A stretch of 64,000 bases of DNA from Eubacteriales bacterium (GTDB taxonomy: Bacteria > Bacillota > Clostridia > Oscillospirales > CAG-272), in assembly GCA_045617585.1 (NCBI GenBank), contig JAZLIW010000149.1, positions 1,671 through 65,670 on the forward strand, in the 5' to 3' direction. A program made the position numbers and the translations under genes. This document shows positions 56,557-64,000 of the stretch, in pieces. The stretch's first letter is position 1, and each line of letters begins with the position of its first letter. The notes under the pieces are model-generated. The model ran no database searches. It saw nothing but the letters and a program-made list of their open reading frames with translations, and was not told the origin of the DNA.

Positions 56557-56582
56557 AAGAAAAAAACGAATGAGGTTTTCTT

Positions 56583-57539
56583 ATGGACACGATGGAAAGC
56601 ACGTTTGACGGTCAGTACCGGGTCAGTCTGGACAGTATCATCCGGGAATTCCAATTGGAGACCGTTTATCTGCCGGAGGACCGCACCGTTGAGATCGACA
56701 GACCCGAGGTCAACCGTCCCGGTCTTGCGCTCGCGGGCTTTTTCGGTTACTTCGAGCCGCTGCGCATTCAGGTCATCGGTATGAACGAGTGTGCGTACAT
56801 CGACTCGCTCCCGGAAGAGGAAAGAAGGATCCATATCGACGAATTCCTCTCCAAGATGCCCCCCGCCGTCATCTATTCCACCGAGCTTGAGATCGACCCC
56901 ATCGTGCTGGACTGCGCAAAGAAATATAAGGTCCCGCTTCTCAGGACGGCAAGAAAAACGTCTGAATTCATGTCGGCGCTGATCGCGTCCCTGAACCTGA
57001 GCCTCGCGCCCCGCATCACCCGTCACGGCGTTCTCGTCGAGGTCTACGGAGAGGGGATCCTGCTCCTCGGCGATTCCGGCGTCGGTAAATCCGAGACGGC
57101 GATCGAGCTCGTCAAGCGCGGCCACCGTCTGATCGCGGACGACGCGGTCGAGATCAAAAAGGTGTCCGCAAAATCCCTCGTCGGCTCCGCACCGGAGATG
57201 ATCCGCCATTACGTCGAGCTTCGCGGCATCGGGATCGTGGACGTGCGGCGTATCTTCGGTATGGGCGCGGTCAAGGAGACCGAGAAGATCGATATGATCG
57301 TCAGATTCGAGGCTTGGGAACAGGGAAAAATGTACGACCGGTTCGGCCTCGATGCCGAATACACCGAGATCATGGGCATCCGGATCCCGACCACGACGAT
57401 CCCGGTCAAGCCCGGGCGGAACCTCGCCGTCATTCTCGAGATCGCTGCCATGAACAACCGTCAGAAGAAGATGGGATATAACACGGCGCTCGAATTTGAA
57501 AAGAAGCTGATGGGCATGATCGGCGAGGAAGAACGCTGA
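56583..57539 (+). CDS. hprK: HPr(Ser) kinase/phosphorylase
   Basis: 318 aa. P-loop GDSGVGKSE plus the signature IELRGIGIVDV-like ELRGIGIVDV. Confidence 0.95.
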   Translation: MDTMESTFDGQYRVSLDSIIREFQLETVYLPEDRTVEIDRPEVNRPGLALAGFFGYFEPLRIQVIGMNECAYIDSLPEEERRIHIDEFLSKMPPAVIYSTELEIDPIVLDCAKKYKVPLLRTARKTSEFMSALIASLNLSLAPRITRHGVLVEVYGEGILLLGDSGVGKSETAIELVKRGHRLIADDAVEIKKVSAKSLVGSAPEMIRHYVELRGIGIVDVRRIFGMGAVKETEKIDMIVRFEAWEQGKMYDRFGLDAEYTEIMGIRIPTTTIPVKPGRNLAVILEIAAMNNRQKKMGYNTALEFEKKLMGMIGEEER

Positions 57540-57551
57540 AAAACGATACGG

Positions 57552-57588
57552 AAAAGGACCGGAAGCGGCGAACGTTTCCGGTCCTTTT
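57552..57588. terminator. Bidirectional terminator
   Basis: AAAAGGACCGGAA / TTCCGGTCCTTTT 13-bp stem. Confidence 0.8.
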
Positions 57589-57591
57589 CCG

Positions 57592-57888
57592 TTACAGATG
57601 CTCGGAAAGGATCTCGTCAAGGGCTTCGATCGGGACAGTGCCCCCGGCAAGCGCGTCGAGAAGCGCGTTCGCAGTCTCATAGGTCGGGGAAAGATCGAAA
57701 ACGAGACGCGATCTTGCCTCGTCTCCGCGCCTCGATTCAACGACGATCAGGGAGAACGACGGACGCGGCTTGTCCTTGCCGTCAAGATTGACGTCAGCGT
57801 AATCGGTCCGTAACAGTCTGTACGTCAGCACCGTGTTTTCCGACATTGCTTTCACGCAGACGTCTGCCGTGTCCTGCGGCGGTTCCAT
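57592..57888 (-). CDS. Hypothetical small protein (98 aa)
   Basis: Strong RBS AAAGGAGGTGATCCG-ATG. I recognise no family. Confidence 0.5.
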   Translation of the reverse strand: MEPPQDTADVCVKAMSENTVLTYRLLRTDYADVNLDGKDKPRPSFSLIVVESRRGDEARSRLVFDLSPTYETANALLDALAGGTVPIEALDEILSEHL

Positions 57889-58103
57889 CGGATCACCTCC
57901 TTTGTGACGTCAGTATAGCAGAATCTCCTATTCCCCGCAATCCCGGAAAATGTGACATGATCCGTGAAATAAGCGCTCTGTCTTTACCAGTTTTTGCCAT
58001 GATGAAAAAACCGTCGGAAAAAGCGGAAATCCGGGTTGTTTCACGGGAAAACGGCAGGAAAACCGCCCCGGAAAACACTGTCATTTCTGCCGGAAACTGA
58101 TAT

Positions 58104-58132
58104 TTGACAAACGGCGCGCGATCTGCTATCAT
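58104..58132 (+). promoter_or_regulatory. Sigma-A-type promoter for a small membrane ORF
   Basis: TTGACA, 17-nt spacer, TGc-TATCAT. Confidence 0.5.
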
Positions 58133-58171
58133 CGGATATGGCAGGATCAACAAAATTCAGGAGGTCCGATT

Positions 58172-58420
58172 GTGAATAAAAGACAAGTACGTATCATGCC
58201 GCAAACCGACCTGTTTCTACATACCGCGCTCTTTCTGTCGGCGGCGCAGGCGTTTCTTCTTCTTTTCCGTCTGTCCGTCTTTCTTCCCGATTTTTCGGTC
58301 ACGCAGTTCCGCGAGCTCGTCTCCCTGACCGAAGGGCTGCTCCTCTGTACCGCCTTCTCCTTCGGTTTTGCTGCTCTGTTGGAGCGTTCGCTCCGCGCCG
58401 TCGGAAACGGGCGAAAATAA
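58172..58420 (+). CDS. Hypothetical small membrane protein (82 aa, about 2 TM)
   Basis: GTG start 7 nt after AGGAGG. It has its own promoter. Two hydrophobic helices. Confidence 0.4.
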   Translation: MNKRQVRIMPQTDLFLHTALFLSAAQAFLLLFRLSVFLPDFSVTQFRELVSLTEGLLLCTAFSFGFAALLERSLRAVGNGRK

Positions 58421-58421
58421 G

Positions 58422-58450
58422 TTGCATTCCTCCCTTTCCCGTGGTATAAT
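58422..58450 (+). promoter_or_regulatory. Sigma-A-type promoter for the radical SAM gene
   Basis: TTGCAT, 17-nt spacer, TGg-TATAAT. Confidence 0.55.
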
Positions 58451-58480
58451 AAGAAAAAACGAAAAAAGAGAGGCTGCGGG

Positions 58481-59392
58481 ATGTCCTATACTTCTGAACT
58501 GCTCGGTCACTGCACGCTCTGTCCCCGTGCCTGCGGCGCGGACCGTCTTGCGGGGAAAAAAGGATTCTGCGGAGAGACGGGGCCCTATCCCCGCGCGGCA
58601 AGAGCCGGACTTCATTTCTGGGAGGAACCCTGCATTTCGGGCACGACCGGATCGGGAACGGTCTTTTTCTCGGGCTGTACCATGCGCTGCGATTACTGTC
58701 AGAACCGCGCCTTGAGCCGCGGAGAGGTCGGGTTTGAGATCACGCCCGCACGCTTTGCGGAGATCTGCCTCTCCCTGCAGGAGCAGGGGGCAAACAATAT
58801 CAATCTCGTGACCCCGACGCACTTTCTGCCCATGATCCTCGACGGTATCCCGCTCGCGCGGGAGAGGGGCGTGACGGTCCCCTTTCTCATGAACTGCGGC
58901 GGATACGAAAAGGCGGAGACCCTGCGCCTTCTGGAGGGGAGCGTCAGCGTGTATCTCCCCGATTTCAAATACTGGAGTGAGGAAAGCGCCGTCCGTTATT
59001 CCGCGGCGCCCGGTTACCGGGAGACCGCCAAAAAAGCGATCCGTGAAATGGTGAGACAGGCCGGAAAGCCGGTCTTCGACGAGAACGGGATCCTGCAGCG
59101 CGGCGTCGTCATCCGTCACCTGCTCCTCCCGGGTCTAATGGAGGAATCAAAGAATATCCTCTCCTATCTGTACGACGAATACGGAGACCGCGTGATCCTC
59201 AGCATCATGAATCAGTACACGCCGATGCCGGAGGTCCGTTTCCCCGAGCTGCGCAGATCTGTCACCGCGGAGGAATACGACGCGCTCGTCTCGTTTGCGC
59301 AGGACCTCGGTATCGAAAACGCGTACGTACAGGAAGGCGGAACGGTGACCGAAAGCTTCATTCCCGCGTTTGACGGGACCGGGATCTTATGA
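58481..59392 (+). CDS. Radical SAM protein, PflX-like (COG1313, PFL-activase homologue)
   Basis: N-terminal CTLCPRACGADR cluster and canonical CTMRCDYCQN. Confidence 0.82.
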   Translation: MSYTSELLGHCTLCPRACGADRLAGKKGFCGETGPYPRAARAGLHFWEEPCISGTTGSGTVFFSGCTMRCDYCQNRALSRGEVGFEITPARFAEICLSLQEQGANNINLVTPTHFLPMILDGIPLARERGVTVPFLMNCGGYEKAETLRLLEGSVSVYLPDFKYWSEESAVRYSAAPGYRETAKKAIREMVRQAGKPVFDENGILQRGVVIRHLLLPGLMEESKNILSYLYDEYGDRVILSIMNQYTPMPEVRFPELRRSVTAEEYDALVSFAQDLGIENAYVQEGGTVTESFIPAFDGTGIL

Positions 59393-59397
59393 ATCGC

Positions 59398-59434
59398 TCT
59401 CCCTCTTTTGAACAAAAGAGGGAGACTTTTTTTG
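59398..59434 (+). terminator. Strong rho-independent terminator
   Basis: TCTCCCTCTTTTG-aa-CAAAAGAGGGAGA 13-bp stem followed by CTTTTTTTG. Confidence 0.85.
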
Positions 59435-59492
59435 TGAACCTCTACAATTCTTCATAAAAACCGGGAAATCGGTTTTCTTTTCCTCCCGAGTA

Positions 59493-59501
59493 TGGTATAA
59501 T
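59493..59501 (+). promoter_or_regulatory. Extended -10 promoter element
   Basis: TGg-TATAAT with only a weak -35 (TTTTCT). Confidence 0.4.
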
Positions 59502-59601
59502 GATATTAAAGAGACAAGCCGTTCCGCGCGGGGATCGACCGGCGGAACCCCGGAAAAGCGAACGGAAAATACGGTCATGCCGGAGAAAAGGAACCGACGA
59601 A

Positions 59602-60027
59602 ATGGCACTTGGAAAAATGAGAGTCCTGTGGTATACCGGGAACAAGAAAATGATCAAGCTCGGCAACAAGATCTGCAATATGTACGGCATCAACGGTGAA
59701 TCGATTCCTCCGGCATATAATCCGGAAAAGGAAAAGCTGGTCTTTATCGGCATCTCCGCGAAGAAGGAAGCGCCCGATCTTCTCCGCAGATTCCTACGCG
59801 AGATCAACAAGAGCCGCGCGCAGAACGTCGCGTTCTTTTTCGACGCTCCGAAGCCCGTCGCCGAACAGCTGATGGCGCAGGTCACCGAGGCAGGTTCTCA
59901 CGTCATGGAGGACGTCTTCTACTACGAATCCGGCTTCACCCTTCCCTTTGCCGCCTCGATCAAGGAAGAGGATCTGAAGCGCTTTACCGAGTGGGTCACC
60001 CGTCAGGTCGAGCTGGTCAGCGACTGA
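59602..60027 (+). CDS. Hypothetical protein (141 aa)
   Basis: ATG after GGAGAAAAGGAA. I recognise no family. The start may instead be 59617. Confidence 0.45.
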   Translation: MALGKMRVLWYTGNKKMIKLGNKICNMYGINGESIPPAYNPEKEKLVFIGISAKKEAPDLLRRFLREINKSRAQNVAFFFDAPKPVAEQLMAQVTEAGSHVMEDVFYYESGFTLPFAASIKEEDLKRFTEWVTRQVELVSD

Positions 60028-60140
60028 TCCGACAGGACCCGATCCCCTGCTCACGCCGTTTTCGTGCAGCAGGAACCCGACAGAAATTGCGGGCTGACGC
60101 GGTGCGTCGGCCCGTTTTCGTTATATCAGAAAGGAACCGT

Positions 60141-61418
60141 ATGAACGCGACCGAATCTCTCCCGCTTTGCGCGCCGGACCGTTTCGTCCCGGCGAACCGT
60201 TTTCTGTCTTTTCCCGTCCGTGTCGGTGAAAACGCAGGAGCCGTCCCCGGCTTTTACGAATATTATCACGGCAACGCCTACCTTTCTCTCCGTGCCCTTT
60301 CCCTTCTCTTTGCCGGAACGGAAAAGGCATTTCATCTGACCGTGACCGGAGAGGGATACGGCGTCGAGGACGGGGCCGCCGGCGGTCCAGCCCCGGTCTT
60401 TTCACCCGATGCCCCCGTCCCGGTCTCCCGGTGTACCTGCTTTGACCGGAACGGAAGACCGGTGAAATATCAGCTTGCAGCGGCAGATGACGCAAACGGG
60501 ACCCGCGACTGCTTCGTTTCCCCGGCGGATCTTGCGATGCTGCTCGGCGTCGGGGTCCGTGAAGAGAATGGCGCGATCGTTTTCGATCCCGGTCAGCCCT
60601 TCGCGGCGGACCCGGAAAAACTCGAAGCGGACGGCTTCTTTACGAACCTGAACGCCTTCCTTGCCGCCGACCTCACCGATGGAAAGATCCTTTGCGGCGC
60701 GGAGATATATAAGCCGTTCGCCATCGCGAGCATCACCAAGCTGATGACCGCCTTCCTCGTGTACGACGAGATCGAGGCGGGACGGCTCACGTGGGAGGAA
60801 GCCGTCACCGTCTCCCCGGCGGGAGAGGAACAGTCACGGAGCGAGGACGGTATGCTGCCCCTCCGGGCAGGACAGCGCATCCCGACGGACGAGCTGATGC
60901 GCGGGATGCTCGTCACCTCCTCCAATGAGTGCGCGCTGACGCTTGCCGAGCGGATCGCGGGAAGCGAAAAGGCCTTCGTAAAGAAGATGAAGGAGAAAGC
61001 GGCGGAGCTCGGCCTTGAAAGCGCGGAATTCTACAACAGCCACGGTCTTCCGGTCTTTCTCTCCTGCCCCTTCTCCGCAAAGCTGCAGAACCGGATGTCC
61101 GCCTACGACCTTTTCCGTTTCGTCTCCGCCCTGCTTCGGAAATACCCGGAGATCACGAAGATCACGTCGCGGAAGGAAACGCGTCTTCCGGTCATCGGCC
61201 GCACCGCGCACTGCACGAACGCGATGCTGTACAATCTGGAGGAAGCGACCGGGCTGAAAAGCGGAGACACGAACCGCGCCGGCAGCTGCCTGATCACGAC
61301 GCTCCGGAAAAACGGGCGCGATCTTGCCGTCGTTCTTCTCGGCGCGGAAAGCCTTGAGGACCGGAACCGGAAATCGGAGGTCCTTGCGCGTTATCTGCTC
61401 TCGACCTGCGAACCGTAA
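60141..61418 (+). CDS. S11 D-alanyl-D-alanine carboxypeptidase homologue with an N-terminal extra domain of about 190 aa and no signal peptide
   Basis: SITKLMT (SxxK), SSNECA (SxN), KSGDT (KTG-like). AAGGAACCGT-ATG start. There is no hydrophobic N-terminus in any in-frame extension. Confidence 0.78.
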   Translation: MNATESLPLCAPDRFVPANRFLSFPVRVGENAGAVPGFYEYYHGNAYLSLRALSLLFAGTEKAFHLTVTGEGYGVEDGAAGGPAPVFSPDAPVPVSRCTCFDRNGRPVKYQLAAADDANGTRDCFVSPADLAMLLGVGVREENGAIVFDPGQPFAADPEKLEADGFFTNLNAFLAADLTDGKILCGAEIYKPFAIASITKLMTAFLVYDEIEAGRLTWEEAVTVSPAGEEQSRSEDGMLPLRAGQRIPTDELMRGMLVTSSNECALTLAERIAGSEKAFVKKMKEKAAELGLESAEFYNSHGLPVFLSCPFSAKLQNRMSAYDLFRFVSALLRKYPEITKITSRKETRLPVIGRTAHCTNAMLYNLEEATGLKSGDTNRAGSCLITTLRKNGRDLAVVLLGAESLEDRNRKSEVLARYLLSTCEP

Positions 61419-61452
61419 AAAAAATACGCCGTTCGACCGCGCGTACGCAAAA

Positions 61453-61475
61453 AGAGACCGAAACCGGTCTCTTTT
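61453..61475. terminator. Bidirectional terminator between convergent genes
   Basis: AGAGACCG-aaac-CGGTCTCT stem flanked by AAAAA and TTTT. Confidence 0.6.
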
Positions 61476-61563
61476 CCGTTATGTTCTTTTCTTGTCCCCT
61501 TTTTGTCCCACGGCAGCTGATAGAATGATTACGGGACCGGGAAAGAGGGGATACGCACAATTG

Positions 61564-61592
61564 TTGACAAACAGCAATCTCTGTGATATACT
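61564..61592 (+). promoter_or_regulatory. Consensus sigma-A-type promoter oriented antisense to queG
   Basis: TTGACA (61564-61569), 17-nt spacer, TGa-TATACT (61587-61592). The predicted start site lies about 9 nt outside the queG stop codon and points into the gene. Confidence 0.45.
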
Positions 61593-61607
61593 GTATTTTG
61601 GAAAGGA

Positions 61608-62411
61608 TCAGGATCCCTCGGTCACCTTCAGATTCCTGCGGACGGTTTTCCTCTTTCTCCATGCGTATGCACGCTCCGAGAAGGCTTCTTCGCTCATGGA
61701 ATCAATCAGTTCCCCGGTCAGGCGGCTGATCTTCTCTTCCCGGAAGAAAGCAATCGGCGTCTCTGCGGCACCGCGGTTATACGGGCATTCCGTCTGGCAG
61801 CGGTCACAGCCCCAGACCGTCCCGTTCTCCCGGAGAAGCCGGACCTCCCTTGCGGTCAGGTCGCCCTTCTTCTGCGTGATCGCCGAAAGGCACTCCCCCG
61901 TTGCTCTCCGGTCCGTCGGGCAGGCAGCGAAGCACGCACGGCAGTGTATGCATTCCCCGATCGCCTGCGCTTCTCCCTCTCCGAGCGTCAGATCGGAAAC
62001 GAGCTCCGCAATAAAGACGTACGAACCGTATTTCCGGTTCAGCAGCAGTCCGTTGTCTCCGATGACGCCGAGCCCCGCGGCGGCGGCGGCGTGACGCTCG
62101 TCAAACGGCGAGTGATCGGCAAACAGCGCAAACCCGTGGCCCGGGTATCTTTCCCGCAGCAGGGGAAGAAGACGGTCCGAGAGCCCCTTCACGTACAGAT
62201 GATAATCCCGCGGTACCGCGTAAAGAGACACGTTTCTTCCCTTCCCGCCGTTCCCGCTGAAATACGGGATCAGAAAAACGAGAACGCTTTCCGGCTCCGG
62301 AACCGTGCGCTCCAGTAAACCGGGATACGTCACGCGCAGCGCGGAAAACGGCAGGACCGCGTATTGGTCCACGTTCTCTTCTCTCATAATTTTTTCAAGT
62401 TCCGGAAGCAT
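61608..62411 (-). CDS. queG: Epoxyqueuosine reductase QueG-like (DUF1730 plus 2x[4Fe-4S])
   Basis: 267 aa from MLPELEKI. Motifs PRDYH, AAGLGVIGDNGLLLN, CIHCRACFAACPT and GCDRCQTECPYN. Shorter than classical QueG. Confidence 0.78.
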   Translation of the reverse strand: MLPELEKIMREENVDQYAVLPFSALRVTYPGLLERTVPEPESVLVFLIPYFSGNGGKGRNVSLYAVPRDYHLYVKGLSDRLLPLLRERYPGHGFALFADHSPFDERHAAAAAGLGVIGDNGLLLNRKYGSYVFIAELVSDLTLGEGEAQAIGECIHCRACFAACPTDRRATGECLSAITQKKGDLTAREVRLLRENGTVWGCDRCQTECPYNRGAAETPIAFFREEKISRLTGELIDSMSEEAFSERAYAWRKRKTVRRNLKVTEGS

Positions 62412-62484
62412 TCCGTTCCCCCCTGTCTTTCGGCTCGTTTTATCATACAACAAAAAACAGAAAAATACAAGGAAAAAATGAAAA

Positions 62485-64000
62485 ATGGCTAACAAAGAAC
62501 CGACGTACGGCAATCAGAGCATCTCCTCCCTGAAGGGCGCAGACCGTGTCAGAAAGCGCCCCGCGGTCATTTTCGGCTCCGACGGTCTGGAGGGCTGCGA
62601 GCACTCCGCGTTCGAGATCCTTTCAAACTCGGTCGACGAGGCGAAGGAAGGATACGGCGACCGCATCATTCTGACCGTATTCCCCGATCACTCGATGGAG
62701 GTCGAGGACTTCGGCCGCGGCGTCCCGCTCGATTTCAACGAAAAAGAAGGGCGCTACAACTGGGAGCTCGTTTACTGTGAGCTCTATGCGGGCGGCAAAT
62801 ACGACAACAACGAAAACGGCTCCGCTTACGAGTATTCCCTCGGTCTGAACGGACTCGGCGCCTGCGCGACGCAGTACAGCTCGGATTATATGCGCGTCAT
62901 TTCCTATAACTCCGGTTACCGCTACGAGATCAACTTCAAAAAAGGCGAGCCCGCGAGCGAGCTGATCAAGGAAGAACTGCCGAAGAAGGAAAAGCGGACC
63001 GGCACCATCGTCCGCTGGCTGCCCGACCTCGACGTCTTTACCGATATCGCCATCCCGCGCGAATACTTCACCGAAATGATGAAGAAGCAGTCGGTCGTCA
63101 ACGCGGGGACCACCTTCGTCCTCCGCTTCGTCGGGGAGGACGGACAGACCGAAGAACTCGAATACGTATATCCGAACGGCATCTCCGATTACGTCGGCGA
63201 GCTTGCCGGAGAGAACACGCTGACCGCGCCGGTCTTCTGGAAGACCGAGACGATGGGCCGCGACCGCGCCGACAAGAGCGATTACAAGCTCCGCATCGAG
63301 GTCTCCTTCTGCTTCTCCAATCTCGTCCACGTCACGGAATATTACCACAACTCCAGTTTTCTTGAGCACGGCGGCTCTCCCGACAAGGCGCTGCGCACCG
63401 CGTTCGTCTACGGGATCGACAAATATATCAAGCAGACCGACAAATATACGAAAAACGAGTCGAAGATCACCTTCGCCGATATCGACGACTGCCTCGTCTT
63501 TGTTTCCAACAGCTATTCGACGCAGACGTCCTACGAGAACCAGACGAAGAAGGCGATCACGAACTCCTTCATCACCGAGGCGATGACCGCGTTCCTCAAG
63601 CACAACCTCGAGGTCTACTTTGCGGAAAAGCCGATGGAAGCCGACCGCATCGCCGCGCAGGTCCTCCTCAACAAGCGCTCCCGCGAGACGGCGGAAAATA
63701 CGCGCATCGCGCTCAAGAAAAAACTGACCGGAACGATGGATATCGCCAACCGCGTCGAAAAGTTCGTCAACTGCCGTTCCAAGGACCCCGAGCTCCGGGA
63801 ACTGTATATCGTCGAGGGCGATTCCGCCGCGACCTCCTGCAAGCTGGCAAGAGAAGCGGAATTCCAGGCGATCATGCCGGTCCGCGGCAAAACGCTCAAC
63901 TGCCTCAAGGCGCCCTACGAAAAGATCTTCAAGAGCGAGATCATCACCGATCTGCTCAAGGTCATCGGCTGCGGCGTGGAGATCAAGGGAAAGATCAAAG
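62485..64000 (+). CDS. Type IIA DNA topoisomerase subunit B (GyrB/ParE family), 3'-truncated by the window edge
   Basis: Translated by hand because it is not in the ORF track. MANKEPTYGNQSISSLKGADRVRKRP..., GHKL N-box EILSNSVDEA, DFGRGVP, LNGLGA, and Toprim ELYIVEGDSA / PVRGKTLN. Open to position 64000. Confidence 0.9.
   Translation, partial: MANKEPTYGNQSISSLKGADRVRKRPAVIFGSDGLEGCEHSAFEILSNSVDEAKEGYGDRIILTVFPDHSMEVEDFGRGVPLDFNEKEGRYNWELVYCELYAGGKYDNNENGSAYEYSLGLNGLGACATQYSSDYMRVISYNSGYRYEINFKKGEPASELIKEELPKKEKRTGTIVRWLPDLDVFTDIAIPREYFTEMMKKQSVVNAGTTFVLRFVGEDGQTEELEYVYPNGISDYVGELAGENTLTAPVFWKTETMGRDRADKSDYKLRIEVSFCFSNLVHVTEYYHNSSFLEHGGSPDKALRTAFVYGIDKYIKQTDKYTKNESKITFADIDDCLVFVSNSYSTQTSYENQTKKAITNSFITEAMTAFLKHNLEVYFAEKPMEADRIAAQVLLNKRSRETAENTRIALKKKLTGTMDIANRVEKFVNCRSKDPELRELYIVEGDSAATSCKLAREAEFQAIMPVRGKTLNCLKAPYEKIFKSEIITDLLKVIGCGVEIKGKIK

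Noticed and set aside
58172-59392. A small ORF plus a radical SAM gene, considered as a RiPP precursor/maturase pair.
   Set aside because: The radical SAM protein has the PflX/COG1313 architecture (N-terminal CxxCPRxC plus CxxxCxxC, about 300 aa), which is a widely conserved non-RiPP family. It lacks SPASM/twitch or RRE regions. The 82-aa ORF is a two-helix membrane protein with its own promoter, and the radical SAM gene has a separate promoter.
62623-63603. 326-aa minus-strand ORF. It is the only track ORF covering this region.
   Set aside because: It is antisense to the hand-translated type IIA topoisomerase B gene (62485 to beyond 64000). That gene is missing from the track only because it has no stop codon inside the window.

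Overview
This window looks like an ordinary chromosomal core segment from a GC-rich, endospore-forming Firmicute of the Clostridia type. That call rests on spoIVB, dpaA/dpaB, hprK, an LtaS-family gene, Gram-positive lipoboxes and strong GGAGG ribosome-binding sites. Coding density is high, and the short AT-rich intergenic regions carry near-consensus sigma-A promoters (TTGACA, 17 nt, TGnTATAAT) and clear rho-independent terminators.

Gene content:
- Energy and information processing: atpG' (partial), atpD, atpC, trmB, rlmI-like, rsuA-like, rluA-family, mtaB, queG-like, and a partial type IIA topoisomerase B subunit that runs off the 3' edge and is absent from the ORF track.
- Transport: a lysine-riboswitch-controlled polar amino-acid ABC importer, a livJHMGF-type branched-chain amino-acid importer behind a long structured leader, a MATE exporter, and a fused MacB-type ABC protein.
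- Envelope: two S11 DD-carboxypeptidases, an Amidase_3, a GH3 NagZ-like enzyme, an LtaS-family gene, lnt, and a GT2-GtrA fusion with a GT-C-like partner.
- Other: cysE, pdxK, pepD, a ynbB-like gene, several small conserved proteins, and two solitary tRNA genes (Gln-CUG and Gly-UCC), each with its own promoter and terminator.

I found no CRISPR array, transposase, integrase, prophage or recognisable defence island.

The leads most worth follow-up are hypotheses, not established systems:
1. A tight five-gene operon (36989-45242) that links a CBS protein carrying an HEPN-like Rx4H motif, a fused MacB/LolCDE-type ABC transporter with a very large extracytoplasmic domain, an LtaS-family transferase, an RluA synthase and Lnt.
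2. A TetR-headed five-gene redox/membrane operon (25663-29476) that includes a DUF1295 steroid-reductase-like protein.
3. An unassigned leader of about 300 nt with two terminators ahead of the liv operon.
4. A 2H-phosphoesterase homologue in which both catalytic histidines are replaced.
5. A consensus promoter that fires antisense into queG.

Many very long ORFs in the track (up to 1047 aa) are antisense shadows of real genes and were rejected.
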